Positions 12,950-25,814 of a DNA stretch of 64,000 bases are shown piece after piece. The stretch comes from Malacoraja senta. Taxonomy: Eukaryota. Location: positions 268,150,001 through 268,214,000 of the forward strand of contig CM075977.1 in assembly GCA_038087875.1 (NCBI GenBank). Direction: 5' to 3'. How positions within the stretch are numbered: position 1 is the stretch's first letter; every line of letters begins with the position of its first letter. The notes beneath the pieces were generated by a model that saw nothing but the letters and a program-made list of their open reading frames with translations, was not told the origin of the DNA and did no database searches. The position numbers and the translations under genes were made by a program.

Positions 12950-13491
12950 AGGTGTTCCCTGCAACTTGTTTCTCTCGCGGTTCACTTTTGCGGGCTGGAA
13001 GAGTCTGTGTACCACGTGTATATGGAGTGTGTGAGGCTGCAGCCACTGTTTGAATACGTAAAGGGCCTGCTCCTTGCCTTCTGGCTGCACCTCACCCACC
13101 ATCCTCATCTTTGGACACCGTGTGCGTAGGGGAGAGAGTAGGGCTGAAGATGTCCTGGTTGGGTTGCTCCTGGGCCTGGCCAAGCTGACCATCTGCGAGT
13201 CACGGCGCCAGGCGGTGGAGGGCTTTACCTGAGCCAGCTGCCTGCCCCTTTTCCGGGGATACGTCCGTGCCCGGGTGGGGTTAGGAAGGGAATACGCCCT
13301 GTCCACGGGAGTTCCGGGACCGCTGGGCTCCGCAGGGTGTTGAATGCATCCTTGACAAGGAGTGTAAGATAATTGTACAGTAGTTTATTAAGGATATTTG
13401 TTTGTATTGTATTATGGTGGTGGGTTCTGGTTTGTTTTATTGTAGTTTAATATTATTTTTTAAATAATTGAATACATTTTTTGAATAAAAA
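12950..13491 (+). mobile_element. Tx1/L1-clade LINE 3' fragment, unit 2
   Basis: Same 5' junction and internal deletion as unit 1; flanked by the 15-mer at 12935 and 13492. Confidence 0.85.
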
Positions 13492-13506
13492 AAGCTGGTT
13501 ACCAAG

Positions 13507-14028
13507 GGGCCCCCCAGTGCGGGTCCCTCTACGCAGGGATTCTCCCCCTCTACATCGGGGACTTGGGGTGGAGGGTACTCCACCGTGGAGTCTCTTGCAA
13601 CCTGTTTCTCTCGCAGTTTACAGACTCACCAGCCACCTGCCACTTTTGCGGGCTGGAAGAGTCTGTGTACCACATGTATATGGAGTGTGTGAGGCTGCAG
13701 TCCCTGTTCCATTATCTAAAGGGGCTGCTCCTTTAGATAATGGCTCCTTTTGATACACCACCTGGGCATGGACCTAACCCTGGCTGCCTGCCCCTTTTCC
13801 ATGCCCGGGTGGTGTTAGAGAGGGACTGCTCGCTGTCCACGGGCACCCTGGGGGATTTCCAGGACCGCTGGGCACCGCGTGGGGTTGAATGCATCCTTGA
13901 CATGGAGTGTGAGATAGTTGTATAAAATTTTATCGTTTGCCATGTATTATGGTGTTGGGTTCTGTTTCGTTTTATTGTCTTGTAAATATTATTTTAATAT
14001 TTGAATTAATGTTTTTGAATTTTTTTAA
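13507..14028 (+). mobile_element. Tx1/L1-clade LINE 3' fragment, unit 3
   Basis: Complete CHFC-x7-H-x4-C knuckle; different 5' end and deletions; flanked by the 15-mer at 13492 and 14029. Confidence 0.85.
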
Positions 14029-14154
14029 AAGCTGGTTACCAAGCTCACGGAACTGGGTCTCTGCGCATCCCTCTGCAATTGGATCCCGGACTTCCTCATC
14101 CACAGACCACTGTCTGTTCGAATTGGCAGAAATACTGTACTTCTTCCTCATTAA

Positions 14155-15013
14155 TTGGGTGGGCGGCACGACTCACGTTGCAGCGGCCTCTGCAGTCCGT
14201 CTGTCTTTTTTTTTTTTTTTTTGAGTTTGAGTTTTGTATAGTGTTTTTTTTTTTAACTGGTTATGTGTGGGGGGGGCGGGGGGCGTGAGGTGGGGGTGGG
14301 GAAACTTTTAAAATCTTTTCCCTGCACGGGAGACCCGACCTTTCTCTGTCAGGTCTCCGTTGTCGTTGGGGCCTAGCACCGTGGAGCGGCCTCCAACCGG
14401 AACGACCTGGGGCTCCAGTCGCGGAGCCTGCGGACTACTCACCATCGTGGAGCTGGCCGAGTTCGGAGCGGGAGGAGCTGTGGTGGCACGCTGCTGCTAC
14501 CCGACCCCGGAGATTCGGAGGCTTCAGCCGCAGGTCTGGTGGATGGTAACATCGGGAGCTCGCGGGTCAATGGTGGGAGACCGCTTTTCGGGGCTCCCGC
14601 AACAGCAGCTACTCCCGCCGAGTTGCGGGGTTGAGGATGACCTGGAGCGGGGTCTGACATCGCCCGGCGCGGCATTGGTGGCCGTGGGACTTGCTGGCGC
14701 TACTGGGGGCTACAACATCAAGACCCGGAGCGTGGCCTTGCATCGCCCGGCGCGGCTTAATGGCCGCGGGACATATCTACAATCGCCCGCCGGGGCCTTT
14801 GACTTTGACATCGGGAGGAGAATGTGGAGTGCAGGGGAGAGATAAGACTTTGCCTTCCATCACAGTGAGGAGGAGATTCACTGTGATGGATGTTTGTGTA
14901 AATTGTGTTGTGTCTTGGTTCTTTTTACTTGTTTGTATGACTGCAGAAACCAAATTTCGTTTGAACTTAGGTTCAAATGACAACAAATAAATATCTAATA
15001 AAAAAAATATCTA
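14155..15013 (+). mobile_element. GC-rich non-autonomous retroelement with Rex1-like tail
   Basis: Interrupts Rex1 RT with ATTAA duplicated (14150-14154 / 15014-15018); ends AAATTTCGTTTG...AATGACAACAAATAAA. Confidence 0.7.
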
Positions 15014-16044
15014 ATTAACAATCAGTACAGGAACACCTCAAGGCTGTGTGCTCAACCCCCTGCTGTACTCACTCTATACTCATGACTGTGTAGCCGGACA
15101 CAGTGCGAACACCATCTTCAAGTTCACCGACGACACCACCGCCGTTGGACGAATTACAGATGTTGATGAGTAAGAGTATAGAAGTGAGATCAAGTGAGAT
15201 CAACCGATTGACCAAATGGTTGCCAGCACAACAATCTGGCTCTCAATATCAGTAAAACCCCAAAGACGTACAGGTTTGTAGGTTAATTGGCTTGATGTAA
15301 GTGTAAATTGTCCCAAGTGTGGGTAGGATAGTGCTAATGTGCAGGGATCGCTGTTTGGTGCGGACCTGGGTGGCCGAAGGGCCTGTATCTCTAAACTTAT
15401 CTAAAAGGCATTATCCACGTGGAATGGTTGTGCACGTTGGATGTATTGTTATGAATGGATGAGGGCTGAGTCTGATTACATCCACATAAGTAAACGTTGG
15501 TGAGAACCTACCAACATACTGCTTATAAGTCTGCCTGCCCACCATAAATTCTGCAGGTTGGCAGGAAGGAAATGCAGGAAACATTTTCCATTCATTGCAA
15601 CTTTCTGTTTGAATCTAATTTCTAACCAGGCACTCAAGGTATTTGCTGGAATTCGCCAGGATCTTCTTTTAGATATTCAGATTGAGGTCCAATCCTAATA
15701 TTAATGACTGCTGTTTCAAGTATAGGGTGCAGGTGGGTAATACTTACATTGAGTGATTTAATTCAAGATGCAACTCATTTAAGAGCATATCAAATATTGT
15801 TCTTCTCAGCCTCCAATAAGAAACACTGAATATTCTCAATGCTGAAATTTAAGGGGTAATTTTGTCATGAGTTTCAGCTGGCTTCCCAATGTCCTATAAA
15901 CATTGCCATCTTTAAGCCTGCCATATGTACTCTTCATAAACCCAGGCCTCCCCCACATTAACATGGAGATTGGAGTATTCTAATCTGTGATATTGGAAAT
16001 ATTATGCTGGTGATCAAGCAAACATCAACAGATCAACACCTATT

Positions 16045-16420
16045 AGGTAGACACAAAATGCTGGAATAACTCAGCGGGACAGGCAGCATCTCTGGAGAGA
16101 AGGAATGGGTGACGTTTCGGGTCAAGACCCTTCCTCGTCGGAGAGAGGAGGAGAACTTCTTCAAAGTAGACATACTCTGAGGAGATTTCACAGTGGAGTG
16201 GACAATGTGTGTAGGAAAGAACAGCAAATGCTGGTTTAAATCAAAGGTTAACACAAAATGCTGGAGTAACTCAGCGGGACAGGCAGCATCACTGGAAAGG
16301 TCGCGACCTGAAACGTTACCCATTCCTTCTCTCAAGAGATGCTGCCTGTCCCACTGAGTTACTCCAGCATTTTGTGTCTACCTTCGATTTTAACCAGCAT
16401 CTGCAGTTCTTTCCTACACC
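16045..16420. repeat. Nested Penelope-end palindromic elements
   Basis: Two forward arms ACACAAAATGCTGGA(G/A)TAACTCAGCGGGACAGGCAGCATC and one reverse arm at 16320-16420. Confidence 0.8.
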
Positions 16421-16559
16421 TATCAACATCTACAGTATTAGTAGTTCAGTCTAGATTCCGCTGTGTCATTTGCAGAAGCAAATAAGATATATTGCTGTCA
16501 ACAGAATTTCCTTTATTTAAGGCATTAACTCTTAACTAAATCTAGCCACATCATGCAAT

Positions 16560-16760
16560 GTGTAGATAGACACAAAATGCTGGAGTAACTCAGCAGGATA
16601 GGCAGCATCTTTGGAGAGAAGGAATGGGTGACATTTTCAGTCTGATCCGAAACGTCACCCATTCCTTCTCTGCAGAGATGCTGCTTAACCCACTGAGTTA
16701 CTCTGGCATTTTGTGTCTCTCTTCAGTTTAAACAAGCATCTGCAGTTCCTTCCTACACAC
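16560..16760. repeat. Penelope-end palindromic element
   Basis: About 70-bp inverted arms around CAGTCTGATCCGAAACGTC. Confidence 0.8.
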
Positions 16761-18884
16761 ACCTCCTCATACAATGTGTAGGTACCTTTGCACTTCCCTA
16801 CGCTACACCGCTTACTTTTAAATTGGACATAAACTCATACGGACAAATTAGCTATGTACATATAATGTTATATAATAAGTTAGATATTTACATATGTAAT
16901 TATCGGTCACAATGGGACTGGCCTCCCTTTCTTTAACCTCTCTGATTCTCTCAACTGCAAATATGCATTAGTTATCCATGTATTACAATAATAAACTAAT
17001 ACAATATCAGTACCAATATCAATCGGGGCAAGTCATTCATCCTCCCCATTACATGCTGGATGATATGGGGACATTTGTATTCCTCATCTAATCACTGTTA
17101 TTTCTGCGCTGGGAACCACAGAACCACAGAAAATGGAGTTGGCCGCTACTGTACCAATTTCCCATTTTTTAATGTCTTACATAGTTTCTTATTTATCAAA
17201 GCTTGTTGTGGTCTCAAATAATCTTGGTCACCCGTAACTTATTTAGTTAAAACAAATGTCTGTACAAACTCATTCTATTGATTTCATTTTTTATATTCCT
17301 AGGTCTACTGAAGTACAGTAACTAAACTATTTCTGCATAGCTGTGAACCAACAAAGCTTTGAAATGAGAATTCATCGTGTTGTCTTACTCTGCACCCTTT
17401 TCAGAGCTTCATTTTCTCTTAATACTGTATCACAAGCTATTCTTTGACAACTGGTATGATAAAAGGAAATGTTACAGTTGAAGTATACCATACAGAATAT
17501 AATGATCTGTCACATTAGTTCGGATCTTTTAATCAGTTCCAGGTGATAAATCAGGATGAATTGAATAGGATGGATATTGCCCTAAAAATGTATTCCCTTA
17601 TAAACAGGAATGCTGAACCTGTGCTGTGTGTGAGCAACCTTGGCCTAATTATATCCATGCATCTGGGACACTACGTTTCCATCGTCCTCTGGAAAATAGG
17701 TATGTTTAAATACAGACAGCTTTGTTAATCTGTGGTTAATGATAATTTGTGCTCCAAGATTGTGTTGTCACTGATGACAGTGCTCCTGCCCTTGAAGAGC
17801 TGTCTCCTTCAAACCACATTGCAGGAAAGTGTTTCTGGTGTGCTGATTTGAAATTACTCCTGAGTTGATTTAAATGAGATCCAAGTCATGAAATCTGACT
17901 GAAGCATCTGAGCAGGAATGTGTAATAGGAGGATTCTATGGTGGGCTAGGGTGAACTGAAATCCCGTCAGGCATTGCCTCTCTGATTAAATATGTTAGAA
18001 ATGCCCAAGGTTACTGAGGCACTACTGGACACAGGGGTGCGACCCATATTTCAGCAATATGAATCCACATTTCCTTGTTGATGAGGTGGAGAGGAAGAGT
18101 TACATATTCTGTACCAAGGAACCAGCAAGTCCCCGTGTGGCAAGATGAAATAAAGGTGATAGGAGATGTCCAGTGCATCAAAGTCAAGAAGTGACATGGT
18201 GGTGTAGCGGTAGACTTGCTGCTTTACAGCGCTTGCAGCATCAGGGTTCAATAATTGTAAGTTGTCCCTCGGGTATGTAGGATAATGTTAATGCGCAGGG
18301 AACGCTGGTCGGCACGGAGTCGGTGGGCCGAAGGGCCTGTTTCTGCATTGTATCTCTAAAACTCTAAAAAAAAAATAATAATAATAAAAGTGAGTCTATT
18401 CGTTCTGGGAACACTGGGAACAACTGGGAACTTGAATGGAAGTCTACGAGCTGACTTGCTTTGTCAAGGTGAGTGTTCTGATGCTTCAAGTCAAAGCGGC
18501 TTTGTGGTTGACAAGGTGCCGCAAGCATCTCTGCCCCTCCCCATCACGGCACATAGCCAGCAAAAAGGGAGAGCTCTGTGAATAAATTTATAGGTTGCAG
18601 TATTTTCCAATACAATTATTTTCCATGTGGGAAATTCAATGTTTGGCATTTTGTTCCCACTTGCACAAGTTTCTTTTTGCCATGTTCATCCTTGGGAGTC
18701 AGGGTAAAAAGGTAGAAGGAATTTGAGACTTGCTCGAATATTGATCGCACCAGTTTAAAACCCTACACATCAATATTTCTGGCTTTGTCAACTACTTAGT
18801 CTTTTCCTGTTCTCAGAGGAGCTCTTACTATAAAATTAGAATTTTTGAATGTCTCCTTGTAAACTATCTGCACCGATGATTAGT

Positions 18885-19150
18885 TTTAGTTTTGGAGATA
18901 CAGTGTGGAAACAGGCCCTTTGGCCCATCGAGCTTGTGCTGATCAATGATCACCCATATACTGGTTCTATCCTACACACTAGGGACAATTTACAGGCTAA
19001 TTAACCAACAAACCCGTGCGTCTTTGGCATGTGGGAGGAAAGCGGAGCACCCGTGCAAACTCTGCACAGACAGCATCCGTAGTCAGGATCAAACCCGGAT
19101 CCCTGGCGCTCTGAAGCAGCAACTCTACCATTGTGCTACTGTGTCCACCT
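18885..19150 (-). mobile_element. HE1-like V-SINE
   Basis: Same consensus as 8580-8890. Confidence 0.82.
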
Positions 19151-20604
19151 GAGGAAAAGGGCAAAGGAGAACCAGAGGACTGTTAGATATTCGGAGTGGC
19201 ACACCAGAGTGCCTTGACCAGGATGCACACACCAGAATATGTTAAGTGCATTGGTTAAAGAAGCTCTGCATGAAGAGGCTCCAGTTTACCATGGACCAAC
19301 ACGGAAATCTTCTATTACACATTTCAGCTCTGAGTTGTAACATAAATGGATCTCACATAAATAAATTTGGGAAATTTATTTTTTTCAGTCTTGATTCTAT
19401 TCTAACACACTATCATTCCATTGGTGGAAGAGATTATCACAACTCTCTGCATGAGACAGCTTTAATTCACCAACTCAGCCCCTGGGTATATCCTAATACA
19501 GCTTGTTGCCGTTGTGATGATTACTCGAGTCAGCAGCAATGAGTGATGCTGAAGAATCCTGAGCAGCGAATACTTAAAGTTTATTCATTGCAGCTTTGTG
19601 CATCTACAACTGCAGAACTACCAATTTGTGAGCTGAAAAAATATTCACTGTACCTAGGTACAGATGACAAAAAAAGTACCATTGAACTGTCATAGAAACA
19701 CTTTCATTTTCACTGAGCCTCTCGAAAAGAGCTGAAAGGAAGTCTCTGCAATTTTAGCACTAAGATCAAAACAAGTGATGTGCTTTGCAACGTTAAGTAT
19801 TTTAACTGTATAACCATTTAATAGCTTTGACACAGCTTATGCCTCTGTATTTACTGAGATGTGTTTTTTCCATGTGGGAAAGTTAGGAGTGGCTTAATTT
19901 AAATGGGTGCAGTAGGTAGAAGACAGGGTGATTTCCAGAATGAAAGAATGAATGAATGAATGCTATTTTATCATCACGTGACGTGTCACAGTGAGATTCT
20001 TAGTTTTGCATGCACAAGGTATACAAGATATGCATACAGAGGGCACCAACAAAGTTATAAAGTATTCAATTTAGTCCCCAATGGGTCTTCTTTGCTCTCA
20101 GCGCCTCCCCCTTCACCCCCCCCTACGCTAAGTCCCCCTTTGTTCTCCCAGTAGCTCCCCTATGCCAGGTCCTCCTATGTTCTCGGTGGCCTGGTCCAAG
20201 CTCCGGCACTCACGCAAGCCTGTCCAACCTCTGGCACCCACCACAGGTCCTGACCTCGTCCTCGACCGCTGACCCGTCCTCGAACCCTATGGGCCAAGGA
20301 ATGATGCAGAAAATGCCGATGTTCAGGATCAGTACATGTTCCGGCTCTCTTGGGAAGAGATGATGAGGCAGTGTCTAGTACTTGGCTATGTTTAGAAGAT
20401 TAGGTCATGGATGTGCAAAAGTTGGAGTGCTATCTGTAATCCAGATGAAGGAAGTGCTTGTTGCCCTATCCTATGGGAAGGGAAGCAGATCCCTACAGAG
20501 AACAGGAAGCATTCGTGTTCCTGCTGACTTAAAGCAGTGTAAAGATGTTCTTGTTTCCTCCTTGAATGATCTGCTTCGGAAAATTGAATGCCCATGGACA
20601 CAGG

Positions 20605-21040
20605 AGGCTATAGATTGGTAGACACAACCTGGTCCATCCTGACCTCCCCACCATCGAAGGGATCTACAGGAGACGCTACCCCAAAAAAGCTGCCAATATC
20701 ATCAAAGACCCACCACCAGCCTGACAATACTCTCATCTCACTCGTATCATCGGGAAGAAAGTACAGGAACCTGAAAAGCGTGACCACCAGGTTCTTTAAT
20801 AGCTACTTCCCAACAAGCATCAGACTCTTGAACACTACACAGCATCAGCAGCTATGAACTTCTATGGACTGTTCTTGTTTGCACTAAGGACTTTGTTTTA
20901 TTTTACACCAGTATTACAGCTATTGATTTATTGAACTTTTAATAAATAATATATATTATGTGTGTGTTGCATTCACGGGCCTATTAAGCTGCTGCAAGTT
21001 TTAAAAAATTCATTATTCAGTTACAATTAAACATTTTGAC
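20605..21040 (+). mobile_element. Rex1/Babar 3' fragment
   Basis: LPTIEGIY...KKAANIIKD...SGRKYRNLKSVTTRFFNSYFPTSIRLLN. Confidence 0.75.
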
Positions 21041-21704
21041 TCCAGAGTATTTCTTCCATCTCCCTGGCTGCTCGGTTTCTAGAGACTAGGGGATAGGACC
21101 ACTCAAAGTCAAAAACACATTACAATATCTGAGTGATGCAATGCTGGGATATTGTACATCCGCATTCACCCTTTATCAAAAACAGGTGGGAAGACTGGAA
21201 TTAGGTTTAGCGCCATTTGAGATTTTTAATGTTTTAACTTCTGATCTGACCCATTCCCATTCAGTTTGGTGGTTAAACTGACACACCTACTGATGTTTTC
21301 TGTACATTAAATTACAATGACATTTTTGCCATGTTTTCAAGTAGGTGGAACATAATAATGTTGATATAATGAAATATACTGGCAGGTTCAGTTTATCTTA
21401 AAAATCTACCCAAGACTGTGAATGAAATTGCAGCTGATCAATGTCACTTTCATTCTAGCGATAAAGGAAGTATGAAAGATGATGCATATGCCTGTCATTA
21501 TCCAATAGGTGATAAATTCTGTATAATTCTTAAAGGTGGAAGGGAATGTTCAATAAATTAAATTGAATTGCCTGGTGCCTGGTCGGGTTTTAATCTCAGG
21601 TCAAAACTTAGCTCCCAGAAGTTTTTACAATCAATGTCATGGTAAGTATTTGTTGCACTCTTTACTTTCTCAATGAGGTCAAAGGAAGAAGGATGAAGAC
21701 AATT

Positions 21705-23200
21705 TACAGTTCAGTTCAGTTGATTGTCACGTTTATTGTACTGATGTACAGCGAAAAGCCTTTGTTGCATGCTATCCAGACAGCAGAAAGACAATACATG
21801 ATTACAATCAATCCATTTACAGTGTATAGATACATGATAATGGAATAACATTTAGTGCAAGGTAAAGCCAGCAAGGTCCAATCAAGGATAGTCTGAGGGT
21901 CACCAAAGAGGTAGATAGTTGCTCAGCACCGCTCTCTGGTTGTGGTAGGATGATTCAATTGCCTGATAACAGATGGGAAGAAACTGTCCCTGAATCTGGT
22001 GGTGTGTGTTTTCACACTTCTATAACTTTTTGCCTGATGGGAGAGGGGAGAAGAGGGAGTGGCCAGCATGCGACTCATTCTTGATTATGCTGCTGGCCTT
22101 GCCGAGGCAGCGTGAGGTATAAATGGAATCAATAGAAGGGAGGTTGACTTGTGTGATGGCCTGTGCTGCGTCCACAAGGCGCTGCAATCTATTGCGGTGC
22201 TGGATGAGCTGTTTAAGTAAGTAAGTAAGTTTATTGGTCAAGTATTCACATACAAGGAATTTGCCTTGGTGCTCCGCCCACAAGTAACAACATGACATAC
22301 AGTAACAGTTACAAATGACTCAGAAAACACTAAACATTAATAATAATAAAACATTAATGCTAAAACACCATTGATCAAGCATGTGAAACAACAAAATACC
22401 AGATCAAAGGGAGGCTACAGAATTTTGGCTGTTGAGCAGAGCAACTAGTGGATAAAAACTGATTTTATGTCTGGCTGTGGCAGCTTTGACAATCCGGAGT
22501 CGCCTTCCAGAGGGAAGTGATTCAAAGAGTTTGTTGCCAGCATGAAGGGGGTCAGAGATGATCTTGCCCACTCGCTTCCTGGCCCTTGCAGTGTACAGTT
22601 CATCAATGGAGGGAAGGTTGCAGCCAATAACCTTCTCTGCTGATCGGATGATTCGCTGCAGCCTCCAGGTGTCGTGCTTGGTGGCTGAGCCAAACCAGAC
22701 CATGATGGAGAAGGTGAGAACAGACTCCACGATGGCCGTGTAGAATAAGACCATCATTGCCTGTGGCAGATTGTGCTTCCTCAGCTGCCGTAGGAATTAC
22801 ATTCTCTGTTGGGCCTTTTTGACTGTGGAGTCAATGGTAGCCCCCCACTTAAGGTCCTTAGAGATGATGGTTCCCAGGAACTTAAAAGACTCCACAGATG
22901 TGACTGTGGTGTTGTTGATGGTGAGTGGGATGAGGGGAGGGGGAGCTCTCCTAAAGTCTACAATCAGTGAAAAGTTTTGTTGCGTGCTATCCAGTCAGCG
23001 GAAAGACTATGTGATTATAATCGAGCCATCCACAGCGTACAGAAACTGAAAAAAGGGAATAGTGTAATATAAAGTCCAGTAAAGTGCAATTAAAGATAGT
23101 CCAAGGATCTCTGATGAAGTAGCTGGTAGCTTGGAACTGCTCTCTAGTTGTTGAGAGGATGGCTCAGTTTGTCTCATGACAGCTGGGAAGATACGGTTCC
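21705..23200 (-). mobile_element. Nested Rex1/Babar 3' fragments (younger copy about 22212-22965)
   Basis: ORFs 22404-22757 FYTAIVESVLTFSIMVWFG...LPSGRR and 22020-22298; (TTAC)n tail at 22215-22230. Confidence 0.85.
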
Positions 23201-23384
23201 CTCATTACCCATTATATTAATAATTCTGCAGCTATTTTGCATTCTCACCATGAATCCACTGTGTCTGAATTTCTAGATCAATGACTTTTACTGTAAATGT
23301 CATTTAGAATATAATGGCAATTGAAGGCACTCCAATTTGTTTTAAATCCTAATGTTCTAAGGTGACAATTTGGCAACAACACAG

Positions 23385-23935
23385 AAAGAAAGAACTGATG
23401 ATGCTGGTTTACAAAAAAGATACAAAGTGCTGGAGTAACTCACTGGGTCAGGCACCATCCTTGGACAACATGGATAGGTGATGTTTCGGGTCGGGATCCT
23501 TGTTCAGACTAATTTTTCCGAGGGGTGGGGGAAGGGGAATAGGATAGAAAGCTGGAAGAGAGGAGGGGCAGGACAAAGAATGGCAGGTAACAGGTGAACA
23601 CAGGCAATTGGAGGGTGGGGGGGGGGCTGATTGATAGGTAGAAGGTTGGACAAATGCCAGAAATGAATAAAAAGGTATGAGTTAAAAGGATTGAAGAGAT
23701 GTGAAGCCAGATGAAGGAATGTAGGCGGAGGGGGAGGGGAGAAATAATTGTGAAGCAAGGTTAGGCACAGAGAGGAGGGGGTTTGCAGAAAGGGAGGTGT
23801 GGGGGAGAGAGGGGGGGGAGGTTTGTTACCTAAAATTAGAGAATTCAATCTTCATACCATTGGATTGTAAGCTAGGCAAGTGAATATGAGGTGCTGATCA
23901 TCCAGTTTACAAGTGGGAGTTAAAATGGTTAGCAC
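23385..23935 (-). mobile_element. Penelope 3' fragment and terminal repeat
   Basis: KLxxQHLIFxLxSLQxxGMxI-like remnant near 23850-23910, C-rich spacer, terminal repeat. Confidence 0.7.
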
Positions 23936-24604
23936 CCAGTAAATTTACAAAATATAGCATAGCTGATTTTATGTCGTGAGTTTGTGACTGGAGGCATTGT
24001 CCATCTATAATTGGAAACCATTTGAATCTTGATTTTGAGGAGAATCGATATTGTTCAGTTATTCTGCTGTGTGGAAAGACTAGAAGTCCCCCGCAAATTA
24101 GGGATAACAATTTGGAAAGTCATATCTCAGGGAGAATTGCAGGCTTAGAGTAAAAAATAAAATCACAGAGCTGCAGAAGACAATGATTAGGAATAAAGTT
24201 TGTATGCTAGCTGATGGTTTATGACTAGCAATTCCCAAGAAGGGGCTCAGATGGCTTTGTTTCAAAGTATTTTATTGGAGTCTGAAAGCCACTTTCAGAC
24301 TCCAATAAAAGACTGTGAAACAACATTTTTGATGCTATATTTCTGCCTATGATTCACCAGCAACCTGTGGCTCCCAGGGTCAACAACAAATCTTAAACTA
24401 ATCTCACATGGCTGTTTGCTCAAAATTCTGCCACAAATATAAAGTTTACAAAAGCAATAAAAGAGACTTTCAACAACAGTTTGAAGCTTGTTTGGAATTA
24501 GGTGATGTTTTTGATCATAGTTCGAGTGCAAGGAGTCCATGTTATCTCCATTAATGCAGCTTGGTGTCATTTTTATTTTTCCACCATCGCTGATCAAACT
24601 AATA

Positions 24605-24820
24605 AACATGCTGGAGCAACTCAGCGGATGAGGCAGCATCTATGGAGTGAAGAAAATAGGTGACATTTCGGGTCGAGACCCTTCTTCAGAAGAGTCTGAG
24701 GAAAGGTCTCGACCCGAAACATCGCCTATTTCCTTCGCTCCATAGATGCTGCCTCACCCGATGAGTTTCTCCAGCATTTTTGTCTACCTTTGATTTTCCA
24801 GCATCTGCAATTCCTTCTTA
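24605..24820. repeat. Penelope-end palindromic element with two opposed hammerhead-like cores
   Basis: TTTCGGGTCGAGACCCTTCTTCAGA / TCTGAGGAAAGGTCTCGACCCGAAAC inverted about 24692. Confidence 0.8.
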
Positions 24821-25814
24821 AACTAATAAACATCCTGCTCACATCATGGATGACAATCTCCCCAGTACCTGCCTGGGAAGGTGGTTGGGGAGCTGCACAA
24901 CCACCACCTCACTCAGCTATCAATTCAACATCTCCACCACCTGATTCTCCCTCCAACACCCTGAACACTCCCAATCCCCTCTGCCTATTTGTGCTCTTGT
25001 GGATCTTCATTCCAATCTCCCTCATTTTCTCAGGACCCTCTTCCTTTTAAATTTCTCTCCGCTCCCACTTTTTCCAATAGCGACCCTTTGCCCAGTTCCT
25101 TTCCTCTGTGGTCTACAGCCCCCAGAACTGTCAGAGATTGTAAAAGGAAGTCTTAATCACAATGCCTTGGACCTTGAATGGAGCTTTCTTGGGCCTTCGC
25201 TTCAAGGGTAGTTCTCTTCAGTGAGAAAAGCCAAGAGATCCTGCAAGGCAAATTTGGTTCTTAAGCCAAATTTCTTATGCCATGGTCGGATTATTGTTAA
25301 ATTAGTCTGTCAACACAAAAACAGACAACATTTTAATCTATTAACTGAGAATTTTATTGATTAGGCAAATGTGACAAATGAATTTCAATGTGAGCATAGT
25401 TGAGGTTGGTTACTTAAAACTGAAAATGGATAGGAATGAGTAATATTTAATTTAGGAAAAACTAGAAGCAGTGAACATTCAAATGAGCACATTAAAATGC
25501 CAAGGAAAATTAAAGAAAATAATCAAAATTAATTTTGGGCCATATCTAGAGAATTAGTCAACAACTTAGTAAAAGCTAACAGTGCAGGTCTATTCCTAAA
25601 TCACACCCGATGAAGGATATATTGACCCTGAAGGAAATATAGCACAGAAGCTCTGGAATGGTAAGTGGGCCCCAAAGATCAATTTGGAGATTCTTCACCA
25701 AGTAGAGTGCACATTCAATGAACTTTAAGAAAGGTGAGTTGCTTGAAGATTTAAACATTTAAAAGGAACCTACGAATGGAGAGAATCAAATTTATATATC
25801 ATTAGGACAAGGAG

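Larger units (their letters stand above)
11435..15260 (+). mobile_element. Rex1/Babar LINE fragment (EN end and RT) interrupted by four insertions
   Basis: ORF 11799-12371 KAPGPDGIPGRVLK...RPVALT...DPLQFAY...LFIDYSSAFNTI; RT resumes at 14044 and 15014 (GTPQGCVLNPLLYSLYT, KFTDDT). Confidence 0.92.

Noticed and set aside
12357-14043. CRISPR-like array (four identical 15-mers with spacers)
   Set aside because: Spacers are about 550 bp homologous LINE ends in eukaryotic DNA; the repeats are target duplications
19514-19562. C/D box snoRNA (GTGATGA...CTGA)
   Set aside because: Only 38 nt between the boxes, weak terminal stem, no recognisable guide
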